A DNA stretch of 63,959 bases, counting the filler, from Basidioascus undulatus (Eukaryota), in assembly GCA_000826855.1 (NCBI GenBank). It is 8 parts of 8 records of this genome, joined end to end, with 100 filler letters (N's around TTAATTAATTAA, not from the genome) between each part and the next. Parts side by side here need not be neighbours in the genome. Positions count along the whole stretch, not along the records: positions 58,881 to 63,959 come from JTLS01001998.1; 7 more parts are not named here. The stretch is one strand, 5' to 3'. The notes beneath the pieces are model-generated. The model saw only the letters and a list, made by a program, of their open reading frames with translations. It did no database searches and was not told the origin of the DNA. Made by a program: the position numbers and the translations under genes. Of the stretch, positions 61,396 to 63,959 are shown in pieces. Every line of letters starts with the position of its first letter. Position 1 is the stretch's first letter.

Positions 61396-63959
61396 ATGTC
61401 GTACCCTTCCGAGGGGGCGGCGGCGGTCGCGCCTAGGATGCGCAGGGAGGCGTCGGTGGAGGCGGGCCCGAGCCAGAGCCAGGCGAGCGTCGCCAGCGGC
61501 GGTGAGCCGGATCGGAGGAACCTCGCTAAGGCAGATCAGATCATCTCGGTGAGTCTGGATGGGCAGCTTTCAGAGGATTGGTGGGAGGATGGTGTGGGCT
61601 CTGTGCGCGCGGCGTGTGCAGTGGGAGGGGACTGTTGTCCAGCGAGCGAGACAGCTCCGCATTGGCACCCTGCTCGTATGATTACAGACATACTGACCAT
61701 GGAAACCAACTGGTACACTCAGAACTTCTTCTCCAAGACCCTCCAAGTCCTAACCGCCGCGCGCCTAACGCACGTCGACGACCCGCCCCCACCGTCCCCG
61801 TCCACGTCCTCCGGCTTCTCCGCCGCGAAACCCCCCAAGATCTCCAAATGGGTTCGTTTTCACCCTTCTCTCCTACCCCCCCAAGCCAAATCTCCCCTTG
61901 CCCCTTTCCCCTACTCACCCCCTCTCCCGCAGTTCAACCTCCAAACCCCCGAGCCGCCCTCGCACTTTCGCGCCGAGCTCCGAACGTGGAAGGGCCTCTC
62001 AGCGTCAGCGGACCCCGTCCCGCCCATGCTCCTCGACTTCGTCCTCGACGCGGAGGACGTGCCCCCCGGGCAGGCGCTCCTGTTTGTGGACGCGCAAGGC
62101 GGGCGGACACGCATCGGCGGGGAGGGGAGGGAGCGCAAGCGCGGGATCGTGCTGGAGCGATGGAAGCTGGAGCTCATGTGGGTCCCCCGCTTTCTAGGTG
62201 CCTTCAATGCGGAAGGCATAGCTGACAGGGCAGAGCGACGGGGGATCCAGTCCGCCAGCGGACGATGCGCCAGCCCCGCCCGAGCTCCCAGTCATCTACA
62301 AGCGCTCCATCGTCCTCTTCCGTTCGCTCTACGCGCTCGTCCGCCTCCTCCCCGCGTACTCGCTCCACCGGCGCCTCAAGAAGCGCAATGCGCGGGGCAG
62401 CGCGGGCCTCAAGATCGGGTGTCGCCTGTCCATGAGGCCGGTCGAGATGGAGGGAGAGCTGCCGCTCGGTGCGCGACCCTGCTCGGAGAAACCTGGTGTT
62501 GGGAAGGTCCTTACAATGCGGGTTTGGGGTGGACAGAAGCACCGCTTTCTTCCGAGCCGGAGAGCGACCGGCTGGAGAACTTTGAGTTTGGGGGGATCGC
62601 AACTCCGCTTGGGTGCGTGTTCATCTCCTGCGCGAAACTGCAGACACAGTGCTGATCTCAGCGATGGAGGGGATCGCAGGACGTTGCAACTAACCACGAC
62701 TTATCGAGCTCATGTGGATCTTGTTGTGGACGACGTAGAGACGCTGCTATCATCCCGATTCGTGGACGAGGACTACTACACGCCCACGCTTCTGCAACAT
62801 CGGCGGCGACGCGAGGTGCGTGTGCTCCATTCTCTGACAGCTTCCCACCTTTCCGCCGACTCGTACTGAAGCGTCCTACCTCCCACAGTCCGGCTCCACT
62901 CCTGGCTCGCTCCCCACGCCCCCCTCAGCGCCGGTCCCAGATCGCGGCCAGCCGTCCTCCTACGGCTCGCTCTCCATCCGACATCAGCAGCAGCAGCCCA
63001 TACCCAACACGACGTCGCCGCATACGCGCGTCGCGAGCGTGCCCATCGCCCAGCCGGCGAGCTTGCCCACGCGCTATGGCGGCGAGGGCGACTTTGCGGG
63101 CAGCTTTGGGAGGAGCGGCGCGAGTCGCGTGAGGACGAGCAGCTTGCTTGCTGGGAGGGTGCGTTGGACTTCAACTTTTAGATGAAAGTATGCTGGATTT
63201 TTGATACTGATCTGGGGTGGTTGTGGGGGCCACAGGAATCACCCAGTTCGGCATCCCCGCTCCCCGTCCGACCCCTAAACCCTTTCCGCGCCGGCCCCGC
63301 ATCCTTCTCTCCCTCCTCGCCCCTCCGCCAATCCTCCTTCGGTCCCTCCTCCTCCTCTCCCCTGCACACCTCCTCCTCCCGCCCGCCACTCGTCCCCCCG
63401 ACCTTCTCCTCCGGCTCCCCGACTCCCTCTCTCACCGCGCAGCGCTCCCCGCACTCGCCCCTTGCCGCACAGCCCATCCCGCCCCCCATGCCCAAGCGCT
63501 ACTCTAGCAGCTTCGGGTACCGTCGCGGCAGCGCGGCGAGCTCGGGCGGCAGCGCGGGGGAGGGAGGCGCGTTGGGCTTGAGGAATAGCCCGGGTGCCGG
63601 GGTGGAGGGCCAGGGGACGCTGGGGAGGAGGAGGAGCTCGAGGCTTGCTGGGAGCCCGAGTGGGACGCCTGAGACGGGACAGTCGGCGCAGGGCGGGCAG
63701 TCGGTAGGTTCGGGTGTTTGGACAGTGGAAAGTTGCTGTCGCTTATGAGGAGTGGGACGGCAGAGCTTCTTGAGTCAAGCAACGGACGAGGACGATATTG
63801 GGGATTTCATTCGGATGATCGATTCCAAGTACGCCTTATCTGACCAAATCCCCCGAACGCATTTGACCAACTTGTCCGCCGTCGCCCACAAGACCCAACC
63901 TCCGCACGGCCTCCTCCCCCGCAGCCCGATCCGTCATGTCGCGCTCGCAGCTGGAAGAC
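61396..63959 (+). CDS. ATG13: Autophagy protein Atg13 (HORMA domain + Ser-rich disordered region), runs off window
   Basis: KADQII|NFFSK..ARL, SKW|FNL, IVLERW, ELPVIYKRSIVLFRSLYALVRLLPAY, LKIGCRLS, TPLG, DVETLLSSRFVDEDYYTPTL, later PKRYSSSFGYR and DIGDFIRMIDS. Confidence 0.92.

Overview
GC-rich, intron-dense fungal genomic DNA. GTGCGT/GTGAGT donors, CTGAC/CTGAT branch points and the gene content suggest a basidiomycete yeast, probably Pucciniomycotina (inference). The window is not one locus: eight contigs are joined by identical 100-nt N44-TTAATTAATTAA-N44 linkers, and their lengths (>=5366, 5355, 5340, 5339, 26113, 5334, 5333, >=5079) indicate size/name ordering, so adjacency across gaps means nothing. 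Recognisable genes: class I myosin, a TFIIB/Brf-family factor, N-terminal glutamine amidohydrolase, a Coq11-like fragment, eIF2B-epsilon, a G-alpha subunit, U5 snRNP 40K, a Zn2Cys6 transcription factor, F-box/LRR genes, DUF3431, an Eps1-like PDI, profilin, Atg13 and three tRNAs (Phe, Gln, Glu). There are also several decayed accessory genes and a CpG-depleted nested repeat relic. The standout is a 22-exon model (33003-37011, 819 aa) in which a Doa1/PLAA-type WD40+PFU ubiquitin-binding module lacks its PUL domain and runs in frame into an intact Hst2/SIRT2-type sirtuin. Other leads are a stand-alone cullin repeat-1 gene relic, a Brf2-like factor and an orphan glycine-zipper protein. All gene models are manual splice reconstructions without transcript or database support.
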